From contig NC_052158.1 in the NCBI RefSeq assembly GCF_902713615.1, positions 19,588,546-19,652,545 on the forward strand: a DNA stretch of 64,000 nucleotides, written 5' to 3'. The notes beneath the pieces were generated by a model that saw only the letters and a list, made by a program, of their open reading frames with translations, was not told the origin of the DNA and searched no databases. The DNA comes from Scyliorhinus canicula. Lineage: Eukaryota. Within the stretch, counting starts at the first letter, position 1. Every line of letters starts with the position of its first letter. A program made the position numbers and the translations under genes. Below are positions 12,101 to 24,100 of the stretch, piece by piece.

Positions 12101-15100
12101 GATGTGGATTGGCTACCCAAGCTGGCTTATTTGGCTGATATCTTTGCCATCTTTAATGATCTCAACACCTCCATGCAAGGAAGGATGGCATCGTGTTTTA
12201 CAATGGCGGACAAGATCGATGGCAAAAACGGAAGCTAGAAGCATGGAAGAATCGAGTGTCAAGAGATTGTTATGACATGTTTCACCAATTGGCAACGGTC
12301 ATCGCCGATGCAGGCGAAGACCTTAAAGTTGTAACTCTACGAAATGTTATCAAAGAACACTTGCTTAATTTGGTAGATCGTTTTCAGCATTACTTTCCAG
12401 CAGAAGAAGATCCACGGAAAGGGACTGGATGGATCCGAAATCCGTTTCTGCCACTGAGAGATGACATGGTCTTAAGTGTCACTATGGAGGATAAATTGTT
12501 GGAGCTGGCTGCTGACGAAGGATTGAAGATAAGTTTCGAAACTTCAACATCATTTGCTTCCTTTTGGATAAAGTGAAAGCAGAATATCCTGAGCTTAGTG
12601 AAATTGCTCTGAAAACTCTTCTCCCTTTTCCTTCAACATACCTCTGCGAGACTGGCATCTCAACAATGAGTGTCATTAAGACAAAATACAGGAATTGTAT
12701 GGATATTCATTCTCCATTGCGAGTGGCACTGTCCTCAATTGAACCACGATTGGATAAGCTGACAAATAAGCAGGCTCACCCTTCACATTAGTAAAGGTTA
12801 AGGTTTTGACATGCCTATTATTGTGTTAATAAAATAATCATCAATTTCATATTTTGGTATTACGACATATTTTCAAGGTTATGTCTTCAATTTAATGATA
12901 CCTATTCTTTGTTCACAAAATCAATATAAAATAAAAACATATGTCAACTTACTTTTATTATATATCCATTATATTTGCAATAATATAATATAATGTAATA
13001 TAATTGCCCCTGCAATAAGATATATCTCAAAAAAATTTCTGGGAGTTCACATCCCCCCCCCCCCCCGAACCCCCAACGGATTGGCTTGTTTCGCTCACCG
13101 GTCCCTGGCACATTGGGAAAAAAACTGCCGGTACGCCACATCAGATATTTTGAGAAGCACTGCTCTAAAGGACCAATATTTACCTGAGCCACTCCTTTTT
13201 GTTTTATATATTTGTCAAAACATTTACTATCTGTTTTTATATTCTGAGTAAGTTTACTCTCATAATCTATCTTACTCTTCTTTATAGCTTTTTTAGTAGC
13301 TTTCTGTTGCCCCCTAAAGATTTCCCAGTCCTCTATTTTCCCACTAATCTTTGCCACTTGTATACTTTTTCCTTCAATTTGATACTCTCCCTTATTTCCT
13401 TAGATATCCATGGCCGATTTCCCTCTTTCTACCGTCCTTTTGTTTTGTTGGTATAAACCTTTGCTGAGCACTGAAAAATCGCTTGGAAGGTTCTCCACTG
13501 TTCCTCAACTGTTTCACCATAAAGTCTTTGCTCCCAGTCTACCTCTTCTCTCATCCCATTGTAATCTCCTTTGTTTAAGCACAAAACACGTGTGATTTTA
13601 CCTTCTCATCCTCTATCTGTATTTTAAATTCCACCATATTGTGATCGCTCCTTCCGAGAGGATCCCTAACTATGAGATCATTAATCAATCCTGTCTCATT
13701 ACACAGGACAAGATCTAGGACCGCTTGTTCCCTCATAGGTTGCATTACATACTGTTGTAGGAAACCATCGCGGATACATTCTATAAACTCCTCCTCAAGG
13801 CTTCCTTGACCGACCTGGTTAAACCAATCGACATGTAGATTAAAATCCCCCATGCATGCATGCATCCTTTATTTCTTTGTTTAATGCCTGCCCCACCATA
13901 ATGTTACTATTTGGTGGCCGATAGACTACTCCTATCAGTGACTTTTTCGCCTTACTATTCCAGATTTCCACCCAAATGGATTCAACCTTATCCTCCATAG
14001 CACAGATGTCATCCTTTACTATTGCCCGGATGTCATCCTTAAATAACAGAGCTACATCACCTCTCTTACCATCCACTCTGTCCTTCCGAATAGTTTGATA
14101 TCCGTGGATATTTAACTCCCAGTCATGACTATCCTTTAACCATGTTTCAGTAATGGCCACTAAATCATAGTCATTCACTATGATTTTCACCATCAACTCA
14201 TTTACCTTATTCCGAATACTACGAGCATTCAGGTAAAGTACACTTATGGTGGCTTTTGTACCGCCGTTTTGAATCTTGACAGCTTGATCAGTAACCTCTC
14301 CCAAGTTACCTTTCCTCTTAACTTTTCTCCTAATTTTCCTTGTTGTTGAGCTCATATCTTCATGTAACAACCTGCCGCGTTGCTTTCCATTTATGTTTTT
14401 ACTTCCCAATTTATTCCTTTTAGTATTACTGGGCCTATTCACTGAGCTCTCAGTCATTGTACTTTGTACTGTCGCCCTTTTTGATTTTTGACTATGGCTT
14501 CTCTGCCTTACACTTTCCCCCTTACTGCCTTTTGTTTCTGTCCCTGTTTTACTCCCTTCCGACTTCCTGCATCGGTTCCCATCCCCCTGCCACATTAGTT
14601 TAAACACTCCCCAACCGCTCTAGCAAATAGCCCCCCTAGGACATCGGTTCCAGTCCTGCCCAGGTGTAACACGTCCAGTTTGCACACCTCCCCCAGAACC
14701 GGTCCCAATGTCCCAGGAATCTCAAACCCTCCCCCTGACACCATCCCTTCAGCCAGTATTCATCCTATATATCCTGTCATTTCTACTCTGATTAGCATGT
14801 GGCACCGGTAGTAATCCTGAGATCACTACCTTCGAGGTCCGATTTCTTAACTTCCTTCCTAGCTCCCTGTATTCTGCTTTTAGGACCTCATCCCTTTTTT
14901 ACCTATGTTGTTTGTACCGATGTGTACCACGACCACTGGCTGTTCACCCTCCCCCTCCAGAATATCCTGTACCCGCTCCGAGACATCCTTGACCCTAGCA
15001 CCAGGGAGGCATCATACCATCCAGGAGTCTCATTTGCGGCCACAGAAATGCCTGTTTATTCCCCTTATAATTGAATTCCCTATAACTATTGCACTGTCAC

Positions 15101-18100
15101 ACTTATCACCCCTCCCCTCTGCTCTGCTACGAGCTTTGCTGTTGCTGTTTTCCCCCCGAGAGACCATTCCCTTCAACAGTATCCAAAGCGGTATGTCTGC
15201 AGGGGAATGGCCACAGGAGATTCCTGCACTACCTCCCTCACTCTCTTGCTCTGTCTGGTGGTCACCCATTCCCTTCCTGCCTGCGGAGTCTGAGCCTGCG
15301 GTGTGACCACCTCTCTATCCGTGCTGTCCACAATGCTCTCCAACTCGCGGATGCTCCACAGTGTCTCCAGCCGCCACTCCAGCTCTGAAACCCGAGCTTC
15401 CAGGAGCGGTAACCGGAGACACTTCCTGCACACATGCTGACCCTGGGGACTGGACTGGAACTTGCCACATGGAGCAAGAGGAGCATACCACGCCTTGCAG
15501 CTGTCCTGCCATGATTTATTCCTTTAAATTAAACTTTTGAAATCAAACTTTAGAAATTATATCGCAGACTCGCATTACAGATGTCCACGCAACAGTGAAA
15601 TTTGACCACAACAGCCTGATACTCCAGTGAGAGAACCAAAGTCCAGCCTGACTAATGGCTTGGAGCAGGAATGTTAAATCCATTTTCTCTAGGGACATAG
15701 GCCACACTCAGCACATGTTATTTGGAAACACTAATAGAAATTGGTTTGCTTCATCTGTTTCTTGGGCACAAAATGGGTACGATACAAATCAATTCCTGGG
15801 CACCTTGTCCTATACCCAATTCACCTGTGGTGTCATGGTCACTTCTCTATTTGTCCACTCCACTTTCACTAGAAAACTTTTTTATTTTTTTTTATTTTTT
15901 TATTTTATTTTTTTTATAAATTTAGCGTACCCAATTATTTTTTCCAATTAAGGGGCAATTTAGTGTGGCCAATCCACCTATCCTGCACATCTTTTTTGGG
16001 TTGTGGGGGCGAAACCCACGCAGACACGGGGAGAATGTGCAAACTCCACACGGACAGTGACCCAGGGCCGGGATTCGAACCCGGGTCCTCAGCGCCGTAG
16101 GCAACAATGCTAACCACTGTGCCACCGTGCTGCCCTACTTTCACTAGAAAACTGACTGTAATCATTGGTAGCTGTACAATGAAGGGCCCTGTACCTGTTT
16201 CACGACACTTCTATAAAACAGGTAAAGGTAAAGTTGCCATCGTCCCAGATGACCAGATGCTGTTTGCCCCTTTGATGAGGAGAGCTGGCTGGCGGTGATT
16301 TAACCTGAGGATCACCACACCTCAGGCGAGGGGCAAGGTTGGCAAGGCGGGCCTTCATGAATAATCTATAATCTATAAAATACAAAAAAGCGAGAGGACG
16401 TGCCATTTGTTCTCCATCAAGATTTTCAATAAATTGGCCGCTGAAGTGTGCCTCTCCTGGGTGCACAGTACTAGAGCTGGAGACTAGCATTAAACCTTCC
16501 TGAATTTCCCCTCAAGATTTACCAGAAATGTAGTATGTCTAAATTTGAACCATCACATCGAACATCCCGGCCTTTTCACAGTAAATTAATTTGAAGCCTA
16601 CTTGTGACAATAAGCCATTTTCATTTCATTTCATTTCTTTCAGTTCCCTCCCCATTATCAATCCAAATCTCACCAACCCTCAACTCAACATTGATGGTGA
16701 GCTTTGTGAATGTGTAATATAAACACATCTTCAAACTTACGGTTGGCCTTCAGGTTCTTAATTAACCAGTTCCCTCCACTAATCGATAGTGCAAATGGTA
16801 TCTCCAAGAGACAGAAGAACACCAGTAAGAGCACATTGTTTCTGTGAGGTCCTATTAAAAGAAAACAAAGTGAATAAAATTAAATACTTACATCGGTGAG
16901 AGAATACATGCCATTGCAGATCAATTCACCACCATGCCTCTCAAAATATGACAAGAATGTGAAGCAAATATCTGGACGTGTCGGCTTTTATTCATTGATT
17001 TGAGGTAGACAGTAGATGCAATATTTTGATTTTCATAGGACCGTTGATCATGCTCATGATTAAGAGATCCATTAATAGAGAAATCAAATTGAAGAACTAA
17101 GATGTTACGTTAAATTTGTATTAAACCTTGACTACATCACACTCGAGTACTGTTCGCCACTCCATTTATCAAAATGCTAGAGGCACTCATGAAGGTGCAA
17201 AGTAAGGGCAGCATGGTGGCGCAGTGGATTAGCATTGCTCCTCACGGCACCAAGTTCCCAGGTTCGATCCCAGCTCTGGTTCACTGTCCGTGTGGAGTTT
17301 GCACATTCTCCCCGTGTTTGCGTGGGCACCCCCACAACCCAAAGATGTGCCGGGTAGGTGGATTACTGATCCAGTCACATGCACAATGCTCCCATTCCCT
17401 TCTCCTCGGGCCTTGGCAAACGCAAAATATCTTTGAACAATAAAGTTTGTGCTGATTCTCTGTGGGACTGAGGTAGGCTGCCACAGAAGTGGAATGAGGA
17501 GACCAGCAGCAAGAACCCTTGAGCCTGGGAGCAGCAATGAGGACTAGGGCAGATTGCAGCGAGCTATCGAGAGATCAACACAGCTGATGGGCAGCACGGT
17601 AGCATAGTGGTTAGCACCGTGGCTTCACAGCGCCAGGGTACCAGGTTCGATTCCCGGCTTGGGTCACTGTCTGCGTAGAGTCTGCACATTCTCCCAGTGT
17701 CTGCGTGGGTTTCCTCCGGGTGCTTAGGTTTCCTCCCACAGTCCAAAGACGTGCAGGTTAGGTGGATTGGCCATGATACATTGCCCTTAGTGTCCAAAAA
17801 GGTCAGAAGGAGTTATTGGGTTTGGGGGATAGGGTGGAAGTGAGGGCTTAAGTGGGTCGGTGCAGACTCGATGGGCCGAGTGGCCTCCTTCTGCACTGTA
17901 TGTTCTATAACTGAACTCTACACTTTAATATAGACTAAGGTCGCAAACCCTGGAGGTCACGAGGACCCGATTACTTGGGGCTACCATCGACTGCCCACAT
18001 TGAACAGGTGTTCAATTCCTAAAGACCCAGGTTGCTCGGCACATGTACATGCTGAAGGGAAAGATGTTTGACTATGAATGCAGAAGCATTGGAAGTACTG

Positions 18101-21100
18101 AAAATATTTACTGAGAGTCGAGCAGAAACATGCACGGCCTGATTGGCTGTGCGTGAAGATGTCCTGCGCAGAAACATGCACGGCCTGATTGGCTGTGCGT
18201 GCAGATGTCCTGCGCAGAAACATGCACGGCCTGATTGGCTGTGCATGCAGATGTCCTGCGCAGCAACATGCACGGCCTGATTGGCTGTGCATGCAGATGT
18301 CCTGCGCAGCAACATGCACGGCCTGATTGGCTGTGCGTGCAGATTTCCTTCGCTGCTCAACATAGAACCAGTGTGACAAAGCTTGGGGGAGTGGGCCAGA
18401 GTGTGTTGATCATAAAATCCCTGCAGTGCAGAAACAGGCCATTCAGCCCATCGTGTCTACATTGACCCTCTGATGAAGAGCACTCTATCCAGGCCCACTT
18501 CCCCACCCATATCTGTATCCTCATAACCCCGTCTAACCGTTGGACACCAAGGGACAATTTAGAATGGCCAATCCACCTCAACACAACATCATTGGACTGT
18601 GTGGTGGGTTGGGGGGGCGGACTGAAGGAAGCCCACACAGACACGGCAGAACATGCAAACTCTACACGGTCACCCAAGGTTGGAATTGAACCCGGGTCCC
18701 TGGTAATGTGGGAGAACTGATAAAAGAAAACACAGGTTTTGCAGGAATTGCTGGTGATCAAAGATTGGGGAGGGGTGGAAATGTTTCATTACAGCTAATT
18801 CCAACTTAGTCAGGACTACGATACGGTTATGAGAGTCAATGGGAACAGTTCTGAAGAAATTTCCAATCTCAGTGAACCAATTGGGTTTTTACAAAAAAAA
18901 AATGGTTTGTTGACGCCAACCCACAAACCAGCAAAATGACTGACTTTAAATTCTGTTTGCCAAATTAAGGTTAGAGCTCATCCAAATTCTCAGTTTGTAA
19001 AATATTAAACTGGAATTTACTTTGTTGGAAGTAGTGTATTGTAGAAATAGAACTACCAACTGGGAGCAAAGAACAGCAGCACGTAAAGTACCTTCAATCC
19101 ATATCCAATACCCCGACAAGGCGATAAGAGACGCAAACTGCACAACTTGTAGCAGAGTTTTTAATAACTGGAGACCTGGAACAATAAGCAAATTTGTAGT
19201 AAAATCACTTGAACAAACATTTGCATATTCAAATTAATCACTCATATGAAGAAGCAAATGTAAAATGACACCGGCATCACATTTAAAAGTTTCAGAGTCT
19301 CTTGTAACATTTTTAAAGTTTCAATACCAAACCCTGAAAATAACAAATGTCTCTTACTTGTGCTGTCTTTGAAGACTGAAATTGCTTTACAGATCAAGGC
19401 AACAACAGCAGTTATTAGTGCAACAATGGCTAATTGCTTTGTATAATAATGCAGCCGTGGAAAACCTGAAATAGAAAACGTGTTTTAAACTTATGCTTAT
19501 TTTGTAAGCAGTTTACAAACAGGGATCTTCTATTCCTTAAAAGTTTGATTATCAAGGGTTTTGAGTGTTGGAAATACAACGTCTCCCAGTAGGCGTGCGA
19601 TGTGACTTTCAAAGCCCGCCCCAACCCTTCAAGGTGAGATTCCGACCACTTAGAAACAGCGTAAAGTACTCACCATTCTGCCCGACAATGTACTGTTTTG
19701 TTACCTGCAAGGCATGTAATCTGTGCTACTTAATTCAGTTACAGTAGAGGCTTTGGAAGAAGGCTCAAAGTCATTCAGAAGTTTTCCAGAAGGTTTATTG
19801 AGCAACACAACTTAAATAACTGCGTGAGTTCTTACTTTTAAGAACTGTACTAGTGCAAAGGTTACAACCTTTCTATGCTCTACAACTAGGCCTGACCACA
19901 CTAGCAGCCCTGAGCTAAATCTCTGCCTCTGTTCTCCTCACAGTCTAATCAGCCAAAGAGGTCAGAGGGCTGCTTGCTTCTCCTTTTATACACACCAGTG
20001 CTGTCCCCTAGTGGTCTTTACATTACCCATCAGCCCCTTCTGTGCATACCCATGTAAAGATCGCTACGTGTACCTCAACTCAAAGTTCAGACAAGTGTAT
20101 CTTATTGTGCCAGTGGCCCCGTCTCCCCATTGTGCAATCTTTCTGCAATAGACTGAACTGAAATTATGATTTTCCACTTTGGCATTCCCTGTAAATGTCA
20201 GGAATGAACATCAGGTAAAACTAACACTATCAGCTTGTGATTCTCCATCTTACCCCTTTCATCTGTCAGGAAAATATACAAAGTTCTTCCAACATCAACA
20301 TCTTCAGTAAGATATATTAGGGGCCGTAAAGTTTTTAACTAATAAGTGGGACAGACTGACTGGTAAAACTCACCATAAATTGAGAGAGGATTGGAAATGT
20401 TCTTCTTACTGACAGAGTTCTCCACAGTGCAAGTGTACATCCCGCAGTCTGATTTTATGGCGTCCAAAATAATCATTCTGCTGTTGTTTTTCACCAACTG
20501 ATAACGTTCAGTGATTGAGATGATTTTCCCATCCTTCATCCACACAATGGAAGTCGCTTTCCCCGCAGATACTTGACAGGCCAGTATAATGGTGGTCCCC
20601 ACATAGGTACTATTGATCAAAGGCACCGACAGTGGTTCTGTGGGAGAGGGAGGGAGAATGGTCAGATTAGCAGCTCTGAGTTCGAGGATAGCATTGCTTC
20701 ACATTATGTTGGTGTGGTTAACGAACAAGAACGACAGGGCAGCACGGTGGCACAGTGGGTTAAAAATCCACACTAAAAAAATTGGCCCTTAATTGGAAAA
20801 TAAAATAATTGGATACTCTAAATTTAAAAAAAACTAACAAGAACTCTGTCCCTCACGGGTAGATCAATATAACATCAACGCTGTGATGAGCTTCCAAAGG
20901 CTTCATCCAATCACAAAAGCCGTCTAACTCCAACATCACCAGACTCTGCCCCTACTTCAGCCCAGCTGTTGCTGACATTCTGAGCCATTCTCACCCCCCC
21001 CCCCCCCCCCCCGACTCCACTATTCCAATGCTCAATGTGCTGCCTCCCGTCCCCCATCCTTCAACTCATCTGTAACTCTGCTGCCTCTTTCACATTCTGT

Positions 21101-24100
21101 ACCGTCTCAGTCACCTGTCACCCCTGTCTTCACTAGTCTGCATTAGCTGTTTCCTATCCTTTTTTTAAATACATTTAGAGTACCCAATTCTTTTTTTTCC
21201 AATTAAGGGACAATTTGGCGTGGCCAATCTACCTAACCTGTACATCTTTGGGTTGTGGGGGGTGAAACCCACGCAGACATGGGGAGAATGCGCAAACTCC
21301 ACACGGACAGTGACCCAGAGCCGGGAACGCACCTTGGACCTCGGCGCCGTGAGGCAGCAGTGCTAACTACTGTGCCACCATGCTGCCCCACCCACCATTA
21401 GACAGATTTTTAATTGGTAATGGGTTGAAGGGTTATGGAGAACGGGCAGGACGGTGGAGTTGAGGCCCAGATGGGATCAGCCACGATCACATTGAGAGGC
21501 TAAATTGCGTATTCTTGCTCCTAAGCCATGTGTTCTAGGGAGGAGATGCTCTGGCTGATTTTGCAAACCAGTTCTTGGTCTGCAGAGTTGCAGGTAGCAG
21601 ATGAGGAACATTTCAGCCTTGATAGAATGGCGGAGCAGACTCGATGGGATGAATGGCCTAATTATGCTCCAATATGAACTTATTATGCGCTTATGAACCC
21701 ATGAACACCAAAAGATGTGCAGTGAAGGTGAATTAGACATGCTCAATTGCCCCTTAATCGGATAAATAAGAACTGGATACCCTAAATTTATTAAAAATAA
21801 ATCTTTCACTGCTCCACCTCATTGCCACAACAATATAAATATATAAATGCATGCATGAACAGTGCAGAATGAGGCCATTCAACCACACACATAGGTAGCC
21901 AGCAGGGTGAGGGCAGCGTTGAGTACATTTCTCCCTCCCGTCTCTATAGATTTGTGCATGGTGTCCCTTCGGACATGATCCATGTTGGAGCTCGAGAGGA
22001 ACTTGAAGATGACTTGGGTGACTGATGCGGTGTATGACACAGGCCAGACCTGTGCCACATACAGCTACACCGAGAGTACCTCACACCTGATGACCAGGTT
22101 TTTGCCCACAATGGAGGGGGAGCGTTGCTCCCATATGCTCAGTTTCTGTCTTACCTTGACGAGACGCTTCTCCCAGTTTTTGGCGCATGTCCCAGCCGCT
22201 TTGTTTTTAAATTTAGAATACCCAATTTTTTTTTTATTCAGGTAAGGGTCAATTTAGCGTGGCCAATCCACCTGCACATCTTAGGGTTGTGGGGGCGAAA
22301 CCCACGCACACACAGGGAGAATGTGCAAATTCCACACGGTCAGTGACCCAGAGCCGGGATCAAACCTGAGGCCTCGGCGCCGTCAGGCAGCAGGGCTAAC
22401 CCACTGTGCCACCGTGCTGCCCCTAGAGGCAGCAGGGTGAACCACAGCTACACCATGCTGCCCGCTCCTCATGGATTCTGACATGCTACCGTCCAGAAGC
22501 ATACTCTCGTACACTTCCAGCATATCTGGGCCCATCCAGTCCCACAGAGCCGATTACAACGCAGCCGGTGAAACTCGTCCGGGAGTTTTACTCGTCTCAA
22601 AGGACTTGACGGCCTTTGTCAGCTCATCCAGAGTTAGCGGTTTGTCCAGTCTTTCCCGTTCGCTGTCATCTGAGACCTCCGTGATACACGGCAGGAAAGA
22701 CTGGGAAGCTGTGCAGTCTGTCGGCTTCAGGCCGTACAGTCCGGCATAAAAGGATTTGCGGATTCTCAGGATGTCAGACTGCGATGACTTTACTGAGACA
22801 TTTTCTTCCTACAGGCTGATGATCACAGAGTCTCTCTGTGCGCCTTTTGGAAAAAGAAACACAAGCACGTTTCATCCTGCTCCAGGGTCTGGATTCTGGG
22901 CCAGGAGATAATCTTGGAGACTTCCAAGGTAAAGAGCGAGGTTTGCTGGCTCTTCCCATCTTGGAGATCCTCCTTAACATCAACTCCATCAAATTCAGCC
23001 AAGCTGTTTCTGCAGACTTGGAATGGGAACATGTCCACCCCCCGTCTCTCTCTCTCACCTTCTGAACACATTTGAGGATGAGAAACCTCTTGATCTTCCC
23101 CTTGATTGCTTCCGACCTGAGAGATTCCCTCCAGAGAGATTCCCACCAGAGAGATGGAGACTCAGGAGAAATTTAGGGGAAGCATTGACGGAGTGGTACT
23201 GTCATTGGATTAGTAATCCAGAGACCCAGAGTCATGCTCTGGGGACTGGGGTTTGAATCCAGCCGTGGCAGATGGTGATATTTAAATTCAACAAAAAAAG
23301 TCTGAGGGGCGGCACGTGGCACAGTGGTTAACACTGGGACTGCAGTGCTGAGAACCCGGGTTCGAATCCCAGCCCTGAATCACTGTCCGTGTGGAATTTG
23401 CACATTTTCCCCGTGTCTGCGTGGATTTCACCCCCACAACACAAAGATGTGTAGGTCAGGTGGATTGGCCACCCTAAATTGCCCCTTAATTGGGAAAAAG
23501 AATTTATAAAAAATGTCTGGAATTAAAAGTGTAAAGATGATCACGAAAACATTGTTGATTGTCTTAAAATCCCATCTGGTTCATTGATGTCCAGAAGGAA
23601 TTCTGCCATCCTTACTTGGTCTGGACTACATGTGACTCCAGACCCACAGCAATGTGGTTGACTCTTAAATGCCCTCAGGGAGGGGGCAATAAATGCTGAC
23701 CCGGCCAGCCACACCCACATCCCATGAACACATTTTTACCAAAAAGAGAGGTTTCAAGGTTCTTCAACCTTTCTAATCCCTTTTCAGTTCCTCAAGGTTC
23801 TCTGGGGCCAACAGTTTCACATTCAAATTCCATGTCCCCCTTCCCGCCCTCTGGTTTTCCTTTAGGTGACAGTCGGCCAGTAGGAAGCAGTCATCAAGAG
23901 AAGTCCATGAACGCAAAGGGTCACAAAGAGGAAGTCTATCCTGGAGCGGACGGACCTGTCTGGCCGTGACCATATGTATCTACGCTGCGCTCCGTCTGCA
24001 GGGTTGCTGAAGACGTCGTGCAGCTTGGCGTCTTTTACCGTTTCCATCAGGAACCTGGAGGTAGAATTCAGTTTGCTGTCGGCCCTGCCAGATTGTCCAG

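Larger units (their letters stand above)
8002..13162 (+). mobile_element. hAT (Buster/Charlie-type) DNA transposon, 5161 bp
   Basis: Perfect 14-bp TIRs CAGTGCTTCTCAAA, 8-bp TSD CTCTAAAG (7994-8001, 13163-13170), internal transposase. Confidence 0.95.
7322..15560 (-). mobile_element. CR1 LINE (ORF1 Zn finger/coiled coil + SGNH esterase; ORF2 APE), RT deleted, split by a hAT insertion
   Basis: ORF1 from 15512 (CSSCSMW..CRKC, IVIGNSII, VHIGTNNI). ORF2 YLNARSIRNK, ITETWL, GVVYRPP, GDFN. Continuity VNIGPLE|DEKGDLTMG across the hAT. Junction KKMARE to LEFRR near 7735 removes the RT. 3' end TRGHSL..RNFFTQRVVNLWN plus tail. Confidence 0.9.

Noticed and set aside
10802-12791. Active or domesticated transposase gene (ZBED5/SCAND3-like)
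   Set aside because: Two frameshifts, two catalytic Asp substitutions, and TIRs/TSD still present; a dead transposon copy.
13840-14607. 255-aa endonuclease ORF as a host gene
   Set aside because: It is the APE domain of CR1 ORF2 within a bounded retroelement.
16892-16971. Extra exon ending in a strong gtaagt donor at 16891
   Set aside because: Leaves only a 40-nt intron to exon 6, has a poor acceptor, and its only open frame is phase-incompatible.
19021-19091. Longer exon 5 using donor AAA|gtaaat
   Set aside because: Ends in phase 0, which breaks the frame of exon 6.
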